A stretch of 64,000 nucleotides of DNA from a virus (Duplodnaviria; Heunggongvirae; Uroviricota; Caudoviricetes). The stretch is taken from the IMG/VR virus record IMGVR_UViG_3300025875_000002, positions 64,001 through 128,000 of that record; one strand, given 5' to 3'. This document shows positions 1-7,791 of this stretch, piece after piece; the first letter of the stretch is position 1, and every line of letters begins with the position of its first letter. A model generated the notes under the pieces. It was not told the origin of the DNA, made no database searches, and saw only the letters and a list, made by a program, of their open reading frames with translations. Made by a program: the position numbers and the translations under genes.

Positions 1-105
1 CCGACACGGTAAATTAGTTCTTAGATCAACCGGGTAGCCACTAACGCGCTGAGTGGCTAGCGAGCTAGCAAAGCAAAACGGCCCGGTTGATCTTGAAAAT
101 AGCTC

Positions 106-134
106 TTGACAGACTGAAACACACAGACTATAGT
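106..134 (+). promoter_or_regulatory. SigA-type early promoter TTGACA-17-TATAGT with upstream GATCTTGA box
   Basis: TTGACA 106-111, TATAGT 129-134, GATCTTGA 89-96; AAGGAG RBS before the ATG at 189. Confidence 0.8.
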
Positions 135-188
135 AGTAAATGAGAGAGGGACAAAAAGTCCCCTCCACAGACACAAGGAGAAATCATC

Positions 189-608
189 ATGGCCGCTCGT
201 AAGACTGTTGGCGCTTCCGCTGTCCGTAGCTGGTTCACCGCTCTGGACGCCACGGAGCGTGAGGCGCTTGACCTGACTGACGCCACCATCGGTGGTCGTG
301 GCAAGATCAGCGTCAAGATTATCAAGGCTTTCGAGAAGACCACGCGGCAGAATTACGTTGCTGGTTACGTTGAGCCCGTCACGGTTGAGGGTAAGCGGGA
401 GGGTAAGGACGGTCGGAAGCGTAGCGTTAAGGTGACCGCTACTCTCAGTGAGATGCGTGAGTGGGCTTCCTCTCCCGAGGCTGTTGCGGCCGGTATCAAG
501 GTGGGTAGCCGTGGTCGCCTTCCTGCTTCCGTCAAGCAGGCTTTCGCGGCCCGCCCGGTCGAGCCTAAGGTGGCCGCTTCCGTCACTGACACTACTGTCA
601 CCGCTTGA
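189..608 (+). CDS. lsr2: Lsr2-like DNA-binding protein with two tandem Lsr2 DNA-binding motifs
   Basis: AVRSWF..IGGRGKISVKIIKAF and EMREWA..VGSRGRLPASVKQAF both resemble the Lsr2 C-terminal motif IREWA..RGRIP..V..AY; good RBS. Confidence 0.75.
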   Translation: MAARKTVGASAVRSWFTALDATEREALDLTDATIGGRGKISVKIIKAFEKTTRQNYVAGYVEPVTVEGKREGKDGRKRSVKVTATLSEMREWASSPEAVAAGIKVGSRGRLPASVKQAFAARPVEPKVAASVTDTTVTA

Positions 609-633
609 CAGTAGGGCACTAACGTACTAAGCT
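605..633 (+). promoter_or_regulatory. SigA-type promoter TTGACA-17-TAAGCT upstream of a non-coding unit
   Basis: TTGACA 605-610, TAAGCT 628-633; no ORF before the next promoter at 740. Confidence 0.7.
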
Positions 634-684
634 AGACAATAGAACGGCCCCGCCGGGTGGCTGCAACGTCACCCGGCGGGATGA

Positions 685-738
685 GGCGGGAATGGCCCAA
701 CGGTTTCCCCAAGAGTGGTTCGATTCCACTGCCCGCCA
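685..738 (+). ncRNA. tRNA-like mini-RNA (acceptor stem plus T arm, no anticodon arm)
   Basis: GGCGGG 685-690 pairs with CCCGCC 732-737; T arm AGTGG-TTCGATT-CCACT 714-730; discriminator A738; only 22 nt where D and anticodon arms would be. Confidence 0.5.
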
Positions 739-739
739 C

Positions 740-768
740 TTGACAGGCTAGGCAATAGGGCTTAGACT
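740..768 (+). promoter_or_regulatory. SigA-type promoter TTGACA-17-TAGACT
   Basis: Consensus hexamers, 17-nt spacer, followed by AAGGAG RBS and ORF 793. Confidence 0.75.
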
Positions 769-792
769 GATCACACACAAGGAGACAGAATC

Positions 793-984
793 ATGCCTGC
801 TCTTAGCCGGAAGATCAAGTCCGTCACGATCACCACACCTAGTGGTGACACGCACACCTACCGTGACGTGAGCCGGGTCTTTACAAACGGCAACAAGACT
901 GTTACTGTGATGAAGGGTAGCAACGTGCCCGCCGTGGTCAAGGGTCTGCCCTACGCTAAGGTGAGCTACACTCACTATAAGTGA
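793..984 (+). CDS. hypothetical early protein (63 aa)
   Basis: Own promoter and RBS; phage-like codon usage. Confidence 0.7.
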   Translation: MPALSRKIKSVTITTPSGDTHTYRDVSRVFTNGNKTVTVMKGSNVPAVVKGLPYAKVSYTHYK

Positions 985-1061
985 TCTTGGACCGGGATTC
1001 CCTGTTCCACAAAACTAAATCCTCCCGGTTTGTCAAGAGGGAAGCGGAAATAAAAAACCTC

Positions 1062-1090
1062 TTGACACCCTTTACCACATGCCCTAGACT
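1062..1090 (+). promoter_or_regulatory. SigA-type promoter TTGACA-17-TAGACT
   Basis: TTGACA 1062-1067, TAGACT 1085-1090; the -35 lies in one arm of IR TGTCAAGAGG/CCTCTTGACA. Confidence 0.75.
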
Positions 1091-1128
1091 AAAAATACAC
1101 AAGCGGAACACAATCAAGGAGAAATGAA

Positions 1129-1314
1129 ATGGGAAAGCGCACTGCAACTAACCGCCGTGAGCAGACCGTTAAGGGCCGTGACGTTAGTCGAGTCAACCGG
1201 GTGCTGGACATTCGGCGTTCGAACGCTTCCGGCCCGATGCCTAGCGGCGCACGGTATGATCGTTCTAAGGTCCGGAATGCGATGCAGGCTGGCCGCTTCG
1301 ATTTTGATGAGTGA
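1129..1314 (+). CDS. basic hypothetical protein (61 aa)
   Basis: AAGGAG RBS, promoter at 1062. Confidence 0.65.
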   Translation: MGKRTATNRREQTVKGRDVSRVNRVLDIRRSNASGPMPSGARYDRSKVRNAMQAGRFDFDE

Positions 1315-1501
1315 GCATCTAACTAACCCTCACGCTTGCTATGGTGATGAGGTTATGCTAGATTTGGGTGCCGGGCAAATCAACGGGACAGTGATGCATG
1401 CCGATGACGTGGAAATTGAAATTTCTACGGACGGCGGGGATACGCCACACACGTTCTACATTGATGATCTTGTTGATATCATGATCATCACGCGGGCCTA
1501 A
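1307..1501 (+). CDS. hypothetical protein (64 aa)
   Basis: ATG 1307 overlaps the stop of the previous ORF; 3' part of track ORF 1124-1501. Confidence 0.6.
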   Translation: MSEHLTNPHACYGDEVMLDLGAGQINGTVMHADDVEIEISTDGGDTPHTFYIDDLVDIMIITRA

Positions 1502-1586
1502 AGAATCTTGGTCGGGCCGGTAGACAGGAACCGACCCGACTACACTAAAAACTGTAAGCAACACAAACCGACAGGAAAAGGTTACC

Positions 1587-2240
1587 GTGTCCTTGGTTGC
1601 TAGCACTGAGAATATCCTCAACGTCTACCGTAACGCTACGGTGCAGGATATCGTGGACGGTACGGAATGGTATGCGCGTGCGCGTCGTCTGGCAATGGAT
1701 CTTGACCCGGCAGACCCGGTTAAGGGTGCCGCTGCTATCGCTTTGGTCTCGCCCATGACGCCGTGGGATCGGAATGTGTGGCTTGCTGGTGAGGCTTACC
1801 GGTTGCACGCTGCTGATCTCGACGTGGGGACGCTACTGCCTACCCTTAAGGGTAATGCGCGTAAGGTTGCGCGGGTTTTGAATGGCGAGAATCCCGCTAA
1901 TGTCGTCGGTGGTCTTAAGGTGACTGCTTTCTGGCTTACCATTGCCGACCCGACTAACCCTAGCGCTGTTGTGATTGATCGGCACGCTTACGATATCGCG
2001 GTGGGTGAGACCACTAATGACGAAATCCGTTCCCGTGCGATTGGCACGCCTAAGCGTTATGCTGCTCTCGCTGCTCTTTACGTTGAGGCGGCTGACATTC
2101 TCTCTAAGGAAAGCGGGCAGACCATTCTCCCGTCCACGGTGCAGGCTATTACTTGGACGGCATGGCGACGGACCATGATCCGGATTTCGGCTGCTGTGAG
2201 GCGTGCGGAAGGTATCACGGACCACACGGCGGTTAACTAA
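1587..2240 (+). CDS. HhH-GPD/DNA-glycosylase-fold-like phage protein
   Basis: Motifs GxKVTAF, VVIDRH, QAITW..WR recall HhH-GPD-type folds; family assignment tentative. Confidence 0.5.
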   Translation: MSLVASTENILNVYRNATVQDIVDGTEWYARARRLAMDLDPADPVKGAAAIALVSPMTPWDRNVWLAGEAYRLHAADLDVGTLLPTLKGNARKVARVLNGENPANVVGGLKVTAFWLTIADPTNPSAVVIDRHAYDIAVGETTNDEIRSRAIGTPKRYAALAALYVEAADILSKESGQTILPSTVQAITWTAWRRTMIRISAAVRRAEGITDHTAVN

Positions 2241-2350
2241 TGGCTGGCCTACTGGTCGCCCTGTTAGCGCTTCCGCTGGTCCTGCTATGCCTAGGGATGC
2301 TATGGATTATCGTCACAGTAGTTAAGGATTAAAAATCTTGATCGGCCCGG

Positions 2351-2379
2351 TTGGCAACGTTGACCGGGCCGGTTATGAT
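2351..2379 (+). promoter_or_regulatory. promoter TTGGCA-17-TATGAT embedded in a stem-loop
   Basis: AATCTTGA box with TTGA at 2338; IR 2341-2352/2362-2373 ends at the -10. Confidence 0.7.
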
Positions 2380-2409
2380 TTAGATGCACAAACCGGAGAG
2401 AGGCACAAA

Positions 2410-2694
2410 ATGATCACCCTGCACTGCGAGAGCGTTGATTGCAACCGGGAAATTGGTTACGGTGAGACCCTTGACGATGCAACCGAAATGGCGTACGATG
2501 ATGGGCACCACTACGATAGTGAGGCTAGTGTGTGGACTTGCTCTCCGTGTGTCACTGCTCAGTATGAGTATTGGGCGCGTGAGTTGCCTGTCCTGGCCGC
2601 TGAGCAGTCCGTGAGGGACCAGCAGACACGAGACGATGACTTCCTGGCAGCGTGGGACCTTACCCTAGACTCGCTTAGGGACTGTGCCAGCTAA
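2410..2694 (+). CDS. acidic Cys-containing hypothetical protein
   Basis: ATG 2410 after GGAGAG; CxxxxC and CxxC motifs. Confidence 0.65.
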   Translation: MITLHCESVDCNREIGYGETLDDATEMAYDDGHHYDSEASVWTCSPCVTAQYEYWARELPVLAAEQSVRDQQTRDDDFLAAWDLTLDSLRDCAS

Positions 2695-2713
2695 AGAATC
2701 TTGATCGGGAGGG

Positions 2714-2742
2714 TTGACTTTTAACCCTCCCGATCATAGACT
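2714..2742 (+). promoter_or_regulatory. promoter TTGACT-17-TAGACT within a perfect 14-bp IR; leaderless start at 2749
   Basis: IR TGATCGGGAGGGTT/AACCCTCCCGATCA at 2702-2736; ATG 6 nt after the -10. Confidence 0.75.
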
Positions 2743-2748
2743 GTACAT

Positions 2749-3105
2749 ATGGAAGTCAGACCGATATGCATTAATTGCAACCGAAAGCCGGTACATAGAA
2801 AGCGTGCCGCTAACGGAGAATGGCGTTACAATAAAAAGTGTGACGCATGTATGCGTGATCCGGAAAAACTAAAGGAACGTAACAAAAGGAAAACTGGACC
2901 ACAATCGCATAAGAAAGACCATTGCGAAAAGTGCGGATTTATCCCTATTGTTCCATTCCAATTGCAGGTTGACCATATTGACGGGAATCGCGCAAATAAC
3001 GATCCCGCTAATTATCAAACTCTATGCGCTAATTGTCACGCGCTAAAAACGTGGACGATGGGAGACTACCGGAGAGGCAGAAAAAATCTTGATCCAGGCT
3101 CTTGA
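2749..3105 (+). CDS. HNH endonuclease
   Basis: CEKC..LQVDHIDGNRANNDPANYQTLCANCH. Confidence 0.9.
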   Translation: MEVRPICINCNRKPVHRKRAANGEWRYNKKCDACMRDPEKLKERNKRKTGPQSHKKDHCEKCGFIPIVPFQLQVDHIDGNRANNDPANYQTLCANCHALKTWTMGDYRRGRKNLDPGS

Positions 3106-3130
3106 CACTGCCGGGACGGTAGCCTAAGCT
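3102..3130 (+). promoter_or_regulatory. promoter TTGACA-17-TAAGCT with AATCTTGA box
   Basis: Box TTGA at 3089, 13 nt before the -35. Confidence 0.75.
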
Positions 3131-3166
3131 TTAGGTACAAAGACAAACCGAGCAAAGGAAAAGACA

Positions 3167-3397
3167 ATGGCGGCACGGTGCGGCTGGTGCGGGAATTCCG
3201 GTTTTGTCAGTAGCATGGTCTGCACCAATTGTCCTAAGGAAAAGAATAACCGTTATTTCCCTGGCATTAAAGCCAAAAAGAAGGATGACACGCTAAAGAG
3301 TGGTCATCGGCACACAAATGACCTTTTCCTTTATGAGACCGCTAAAGGAATATATTTCACGTGTAAGTGCGGACACACACATAAAGTGGAATTGTGA
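3167..3397 (+). CDS. small Cys/His-rich (Zn-binding) hypothetical protein
   Basis: CGWC..CTNC..HRH..CKCGH; AAGGA RBS. Confidence 0.65.
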   Translation: MAARCGWCGNSGFVSSMVCTNCPKEKNNRYFPGIKAKKKDDTLKSGHRHTNDLFLYETAKGIYFTCKCGHTHKVEL

Positions 3398-3486
3398 GAA
3401 ACGTTAATCCGGAATGGTATTACGGTTGGGATCAGGAACCGGACGACGAAGAGACGGTTACGGAGAGTGACGAAGAAGAATCTTGA
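3394..3486 (+). CDS. 30-aa highly acidic peptide
   Basis: GTG overlaps the previous stop (GTGA); MRNVNPEWYYGWDQEPDDEETVTESDEEES. Confidence 0.5.
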   Translation: MRNVNPEWYYGWDQEPDDEETVTESDEEES

Positions 3487-3495
3487 TCCCGGCCC

Positions 3496-3524
3496 TTGAC
3501 CCGGCCCGGTTGATCGGTTAAGCT
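3496..3524 (+). promoter_or_regulatory. promoter TTGACC-17-TAAGCT with AATCTTGA box
   Basis: Box TTGA at 3483, 13 nt before the -35. Confidence 0.75.
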
Positions 3525-3559
3525 AAAGCTACCAAACACCGAGACGAAGGAAAAAGATC

Positions 3560-3790
3560 ATGCGTAAGCTTTCCACCACCGAGACCGCTATGCAAGATCA
3601 GGTTAAGGCCGATCAGCGTGAGAGCTTCAAGATCACGAACACCTCACCGCTTCCCACTTTCGAGGACGGCATTGGGGCCGGTTTTGAGTGGGTCGGTGGA
3701 TCGCTTATGCTTAACTGTGACCCTTTCGCTAAGGTTCACCCTATCCGTTACGCGGGTAGTTTCGGCGGGCGGAATGTGTGGGGACTGTGA
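3560..3790 (+). CDS. hypothetical protein (76 aa)
   Basis: Own promoter and AAGGA RBS. Confidence 0.65.
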   Translation: MRKLSTTETAMQDQVKADQRESFKITNTSPLPTFEDGIGAGFEWVGGSLMLNCDPFAKVHPIRYAGSFGGRNVWGL

Positions 3791-3848
3791 TTGTCATAGG
3801 TCTTTGTGTCCTGTTCGGAATCATCTTTCTAAAAGAAGGGTTTAAGAA

Positions 3849-4013
3849 ATGATTTTTCTCATTCTGTCTGCGCTATTCCTGGCAGGCTTTTTCTCGCTTA
3901 GGCAGTGGGATAAGTGTAATGATTACTCACTCCCCGGTTACGTTTTTGCTGCCGGGATTGTTTGTGGGGTTATGACTATAGTCATGATCGTTTTGTGGGG
4001 CGGCAACGCCTAA
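3849..4013 (+). CDS. small two-TM membrane protein (54 aa)
   Basis: Hand-translated MIFLILSALFLAGFF..YVFAAGIVCGVMTIVMIVLWGGNA. Confidence 0.55.
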   Translation: MIFLILSALFLAGFFSLRQWDKCNDYSLPGYVFAAGIVCGVMTIVMIVLWGGNA

Positions 4014-4032
4014 AAAATCTTGAAGCTAGGGC

Positions 4033-4061
4033 TTGACCCTGGCAGACAGACACGCTAGGCT
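4033..4061 (+). promoter_or_regulatory. promoter TTGACC-17-TAGGCT with AATCTTGA box
   Basis: Box TTGA at 4020, 13 nt before the -35. Confidence 0.75.
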
Positions 4062-4092
4062 TTAGATACACAAACCGATAAGGGAGAACAAA

Positions 4093-4290
4093 ATGAAGCT
4101 GGTCCTCACTTTCTCGCTTGACTCTAACGCTTTCGACGGAGAGGCTGGTGCCGCTGCTGCCGCTGCTAAGCTCCGTGAGGCTGCCGACGCGCTTAGCTGT
4201 ATTGAGGTGCCGTTGGTTGATGCTATGGGCACCGTTCACACCTTCCGTGAGGGTCGGCGTCGGGCGGGTTTCGTCAGCATCGAAAGCTAA
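4093..4290 (+). CDS. hypothetical protein (65 aa)
   Basis: Own promoter and AAGGGAG RBS. Confidence 0.65.
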   Translation: MKLVLTFSLDSNAFDGEAGAAAAAAKLREAADALSCIEVPLVDAMGTVHTFREGRRRAGFVSIES

Positions 4291-4309
4291 AAGATCATGG
4301 CGGGGAGGC

Positions 4310-4338
4310 TTGACAGGGTTGAGCCTCCCCGCTAGACT
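4310..4338 (+). promoter_or_regulatory. promoter TTGACA-17-TAGACT inside a perfect 11-bp IR
   Basis: GCGGGGAGGCT 4300-4310 / AGCCTCCCCGC 4322-4332. Confidence 0.75.
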
Positions 4339-4380
4339 TTGGATAACAGAGAGACACACACACTAACAAAGGAAATCGAA

Positions 4381-4626
4381 ATGGATTCGTGGGGATCGAC
4401 TTTCGAGGAAATTCAGGCCGCTAACGCCGCTCACATGGCACATGAGGAAGCGGAGAATAAGCGCCGTGCACGTCACGCGCTGCTTAACCGCTTTAGTGCG
4501 GCAGAGTCGGATATCGTTGCAATCCTTAAGGATTTTGAGGCTGCTAGCGTGGCCGGTACAGTTGTGCCGCACACCTATCTTGGGATCATGATGCGGATTG
4601 CCGACGCGCTGGACGATAATGGATAA
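4381..4626 (+). CDS. hypothetical protein
   Basis: AAGGA RBS before ATG 4381. Confidence 0.6.
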   Translation: MDSWGSTFEEIQAANAAHMAHEEAENKRRARHALLNRFSAAESDIVAILKDFEAASVAGTVVPHTYLGIMMRIADALDDNG

Positions 4627-4631
4627 GGATA

Positions 4632-4814
4632 ATGGAAATCTTCAAGATCGCGGTGGGATTCACTAATTCCCGCCCGGTTATTCCCGAGGAATTCACTTCC
4701 TTTGTCATCATAGCGGAAGAGAATCTAACGAAAGCTAAAATGGCTGCTGCTCAAATGGTTGGATGCCGCGCCGAAATGGTAACGTCCACTACTCTAATTG
4801 AAGTGAGGATTTAA
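4632..4814 (+). CDS. hypothetical protein (60 aa)
   Basis: AAGGA RBS, operon-like spacing. Confidence 0.6.
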   Translation: MEIFKIAVGFTNSRPVIPEEFTSFVIIAEENLTKAKMAAAQMVGCRAEMVTSTTLIEVRI

Positions 4815-5162
4815 TGGTTTCTGATTATTCCGTGGGCCGGATTGCTACTGGAATTGAGAAGATCGGTAATGCAATGGAAAAGATTGCAAATTCGGTTGCT
4901 AAGGCGGCAGACACCTACGTAAACAATAGCACAACTAAGCGGGCCGGTCAAGAGTGAGATTCTTCCGGGGTCTAGGCTACGCTCTGGTCATGGTCTGGCC
5001 GGTATGGTCGGGACTGTACCTAGCCGTTAGGTAGGCTAGTCGGGCCGGTAGCTTGATCAACAGGCTTAAGGGTAGTCGGGTATAGGAGAGGACAAACCGG
5101 GCCGGTACAGAGCATCTGAGAGGGTATTGACAGACTCACAACAGACAGACTAGGATAAGAGC

Positions 5163-5348
5163 ATGGAAATCAAGACAGGACACCTAGTCATCCTCTCTAC
5201 ACTTTGTGTGGTGATAGGGTTGACTACCGGCATTACGGCACTGTACGATGGTGGGACGTTCGACTGGTTCAATGTGGTTGCCATTCTAGTGTGTGGCATC
5301 GGGGCCGGTATTCCGATAGGTGCAGTCATGACGGGACGGGGCCGGTAG
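5163..5348 (+). CDS. two-TM membrane protein
   Basis: Two hydrophobic stretches; TTGACA-18-TAGGAT promoter at 5127-5156, 6 nt before the ATG. Confidence 0.65.
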   Translation: MEIKTGHLVILSTLCVVIGLTTGITALYDGGTFDWFNVVAILVCGIGAGIPIGAVMTGRGR

Positions 5349-5353
5349 ATAGA

Positions 5354-5566
5354 ATGAGAATCAATCTTAACGGAGAACAACTAGATAGAATCAACACTAG
5401 TCTCCTGCTAAAGTCATTAGACTATCAACAGTACGTTAATCTCGCCAAGACAAAGAAAGAAAAAGAGGAATGGCAGGCTGAGCTAGACGACAATAATGCG
5501 TTGAGGCTTTTTCTACAGGCACAGCGGGTCGTGCCGACGTCCGAAGGACCCATTCAAATCAACTGA
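5354..5566 (+). CDS. hypothetical protein
   Basis: 3' part of track ORF 5204-5566 from ATG 5354. Confidence 0.5.
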   Translation: MRINLNGEQLDRINTSLLLKSLDYQQYVNLAKTKKEKEEWQAELDDNNALRLFLQAQRVVPTSEGPIQIN

Positions 5567-6008
5567 TTGGTTGAATAATGCAAATAATGGTAGATTAAGC
5601 TTATTCAACCGATCAGTTAACAATAAAATAGAGGTAGGAAATATCCACAATTCGAACAAAATTGTGGAAAAACCTGTGGATAAACCCCTTTTTTGGTTGT
5701 TTTTGGGCCTAAAACCCTCAAAAAAGGCAAATTTCGGTTACATTTCTGTTTCCAGTTCCATTTTCGGTTTGGATTTCGATTTTGGAAACACAAAAAACCC
5801 GCGCTATGCAGGCTGGTTAAATTTTTAAGTTATTCAGCGTGGCTTTTGCTGATCTTTATTCAATACCCTTGTCAGGACTACGTCCCTATTCACTCTCTAC
5901 CTTAGCTAAAGCTTTCTGTCGGATTGGGTGAACGCATATTGACTTAATAAGAATAACATCTTTTAATTGATCTGTCAAATGATCTTGAAACCGGGGGTCT
6001 TGACATTC

Positions 6009-6116
6009 CCTATCTAAGTGACTACTCTCTAAAGGGAGGGCGAAAGGTAGACTATGATCTTGATAATCCCTATCTAGTTAGTTCCTATCTAGTGTTGACT
6101 CTCTCTCCTATCTAGT
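6009..6116 (+). repeat. direct repeats CCTATCTA(A)GT x4
   Basis: 6009-6019, 6069-6078, 6084-6093, 6107-6116; overlap promoters TTGACA 6000 and TTGACT-17-TAAGCT 6095-6123. Confidence 0.75.
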
Positions 6117-6162
6117 ATAAGCTATACCTAACACAAGCAACCGGGGCCGGGAGGCACAGAAG

Positions 6163-6303
6163 ATGATCAGAGTAATTGACAGGGTAGGGACTGCAACCCT
6201 TGCGCTGGTCGGATTTGGCTGGTATGCTTTTACTGGAATCGGAAGCGGTCTCCTAGTGGGATTGATCTTCCTGATTGCTTTCTTGATCTTGACGAACGAC
6301 TAA
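6163..6303 (+). CDS. 46-aa membrane protein
   Basis: GGAGG RBS; hydrophobic sequence; promoter at 6095. Confidence 0.55.
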   Translation: MIRVIDRVGTATLALVGFGWYAFTGIGSGLLVGLIFLIAFLILTND

Positions 6304-6624
6304 TCAAGATCAACTCGACTTTCAAGATCATCAAAATTAAATCATGGTGGCGCTTGCGCCACAGCGGCAGAGCCGCTAGACTATAACTAGGCAAACGGGC
6401 CGGTAGAAGAAGAGAAGAAACTCTTGACAAAAAGTCTTCAACGCTCTAAGGTAGATGTATAACTCTACCGAGACCGGCGCATGACCGATGATCTTGGCCG
6501 GGTCTACGATGGAAAGGTGAATGATCTTGATTCACTGATCACCAAGATCAACTCATAACTCCAAATTGCGGGTAGGCATCAATTGAAGTCTACCCTATCC
6601 ATGTGCTACATTGCAAGACCTTGG

Positions 6625-6672
6625 GCCGGGAAATCTTGGGAAATAAATCCTGAGATTTCCCGGCTTTTTCTT
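6625..6672. terminator. 12-bp hairpin with U-tract just downstream of promoter TTGAAG-18-TACATT (6583-6612)
   Basis: GCCGGGAAATCT 6625-6636 / AGATTTCCCGGC 6653-6664, then TTTTTCTT. Confidence 0.7.
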
Positions 6673-6849
6673 GCCCATCGTAACAGGGTCTGGTAAAATT
6701 AAAAAACTACCGTCAATTTTGAGACCATTCATAAATGCCCCATTCTTCAAGATCAATCAACGAAGGTTAGTTGCCAGCAACAATTAGTTATTGATCTTAG
6801 TTAGGTTAAGCTAAGTTGATCTTGAAACGCCGGCGTCGCGCTAGGTAAC

Positions 6850-7438
6850 GATCTTGATGACGGAAAGTAGTTTCAAGATTTTTGGATTTCCGGTACTGTT
6901 GATCTTCAAACGGACCTATACTTCTCACGTAAGCAAGACACGGACTAGCAGGAGGATAGACAATGGCTCACAGCCGGAACGATGGGTGCGCAGACGGCAC
7001 GGATGTAGTTTGGTATGAGCACGATGCAGCTCTCACAACCGGGGAAGCAATGGCCATCGCGGGGGAAGCGTGCGAGTCGCACCCAATCGACGATGCGGCT
7101 GCCCTGCTGTCGATCAGTGCCACCGACCGTGGGTGATCGCATTTGGTTCGCAGTCTGTAACGGTCTGGTTCCCGCGCTGGTCCTGTTGCTTCTGTTGATC
7201 ATCCTGGTCTGTTCGATCTTCTGATACATGGTCCCCCGGTACCGGTTAACGTTTAGTCGTCCGGTACCGGGGTTGAACCATGATCATTTGGCTTATCTGC
7301 CGGAGTCACTCTCCGTGTTGATCTTGAACAGAAAGTAGTTCAAGAAATTTCTGATTTTGGGTACTGTTGATCTTCGTTCGAACCGATACTTCTAATGTGA
7401 GCGAGAGACGCTCACCACTAGCAGTAGGAGAAATCATG
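6850..7438 (+). repeat. two ~115-bp imperfect direct repeats (6850-6965, 7320-7438) carrying operator-like IR, promoter and RBS
   Basis: Shared GATCTTGA..GAAAGTAGTT..CAAGA..GGTACTGTTGATCTTC..ATACTTCT..ACTAGCAG..AGGA. Confidence 0.8.
6963..7136 (+). CDS. hypothetical protein (57 aa)
   Basis: GGAGG RBS within repeat copy 1; hand-translated open frame. Confidence 0.55.
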   Translation: MAHSRNDGCADGTDVVWYEHDAALTTGEAMAIAGEACESHPIDDAAALLSISATDRG

Positions 7439-7702
7439 TACACCACCACCGCCGACCGTCTCGCTCTCGCCCGCCGGGACGCAGAGCACCTCGACACCTA
7501 CGGCACGCCCGTCCCGCGTGAGGCACGCCGTTTCGCTCTCCGCGCGGTTGCCGCTCTGGTGGGCATCCTCGCCGCTGTCTTCGTCTTCGCGCCGATGATC
7601 GGTCACGCGGAAGACGTGCGGCACTGTCAGACCGTGCACGCAGCCGGTCCGTCCGACGCTCCGGAAGCTCTCCGCTGTGAGTCGGTTCTGTTCGGAAAGT
7701 GA
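7436..7702 (+). CDS. single-TM hypothetical protein, GC-rich
   Basis: AGGAG RBS within repeat copy 2; TM segment FALRAVAALVGILAAVFVFAPM. Confidence 0.65.
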   Translation: MYTTTADRLALARRDAEHLDTYGTPVPREARRFALRAVAALVGILAAVFVFAPMIGHAEDVRHCQTVHAAGPSDAPEALRCESVLFGK

Positions 7703-7791
7703 AAAAAGGGGGCCGGTTGGACTTGACCCAACCGGCCCCCCGGACCGATACTGAGAACACAGCAAGCAACCCACTAGCAGGAGGAATGATC

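Noticed and set aside
660-669. CTGCAAC loop as a Cys anticodon of a permuted tRNA
   Set aside because: The closing pair would be G-G and the arm order does not fit a circular permutation.
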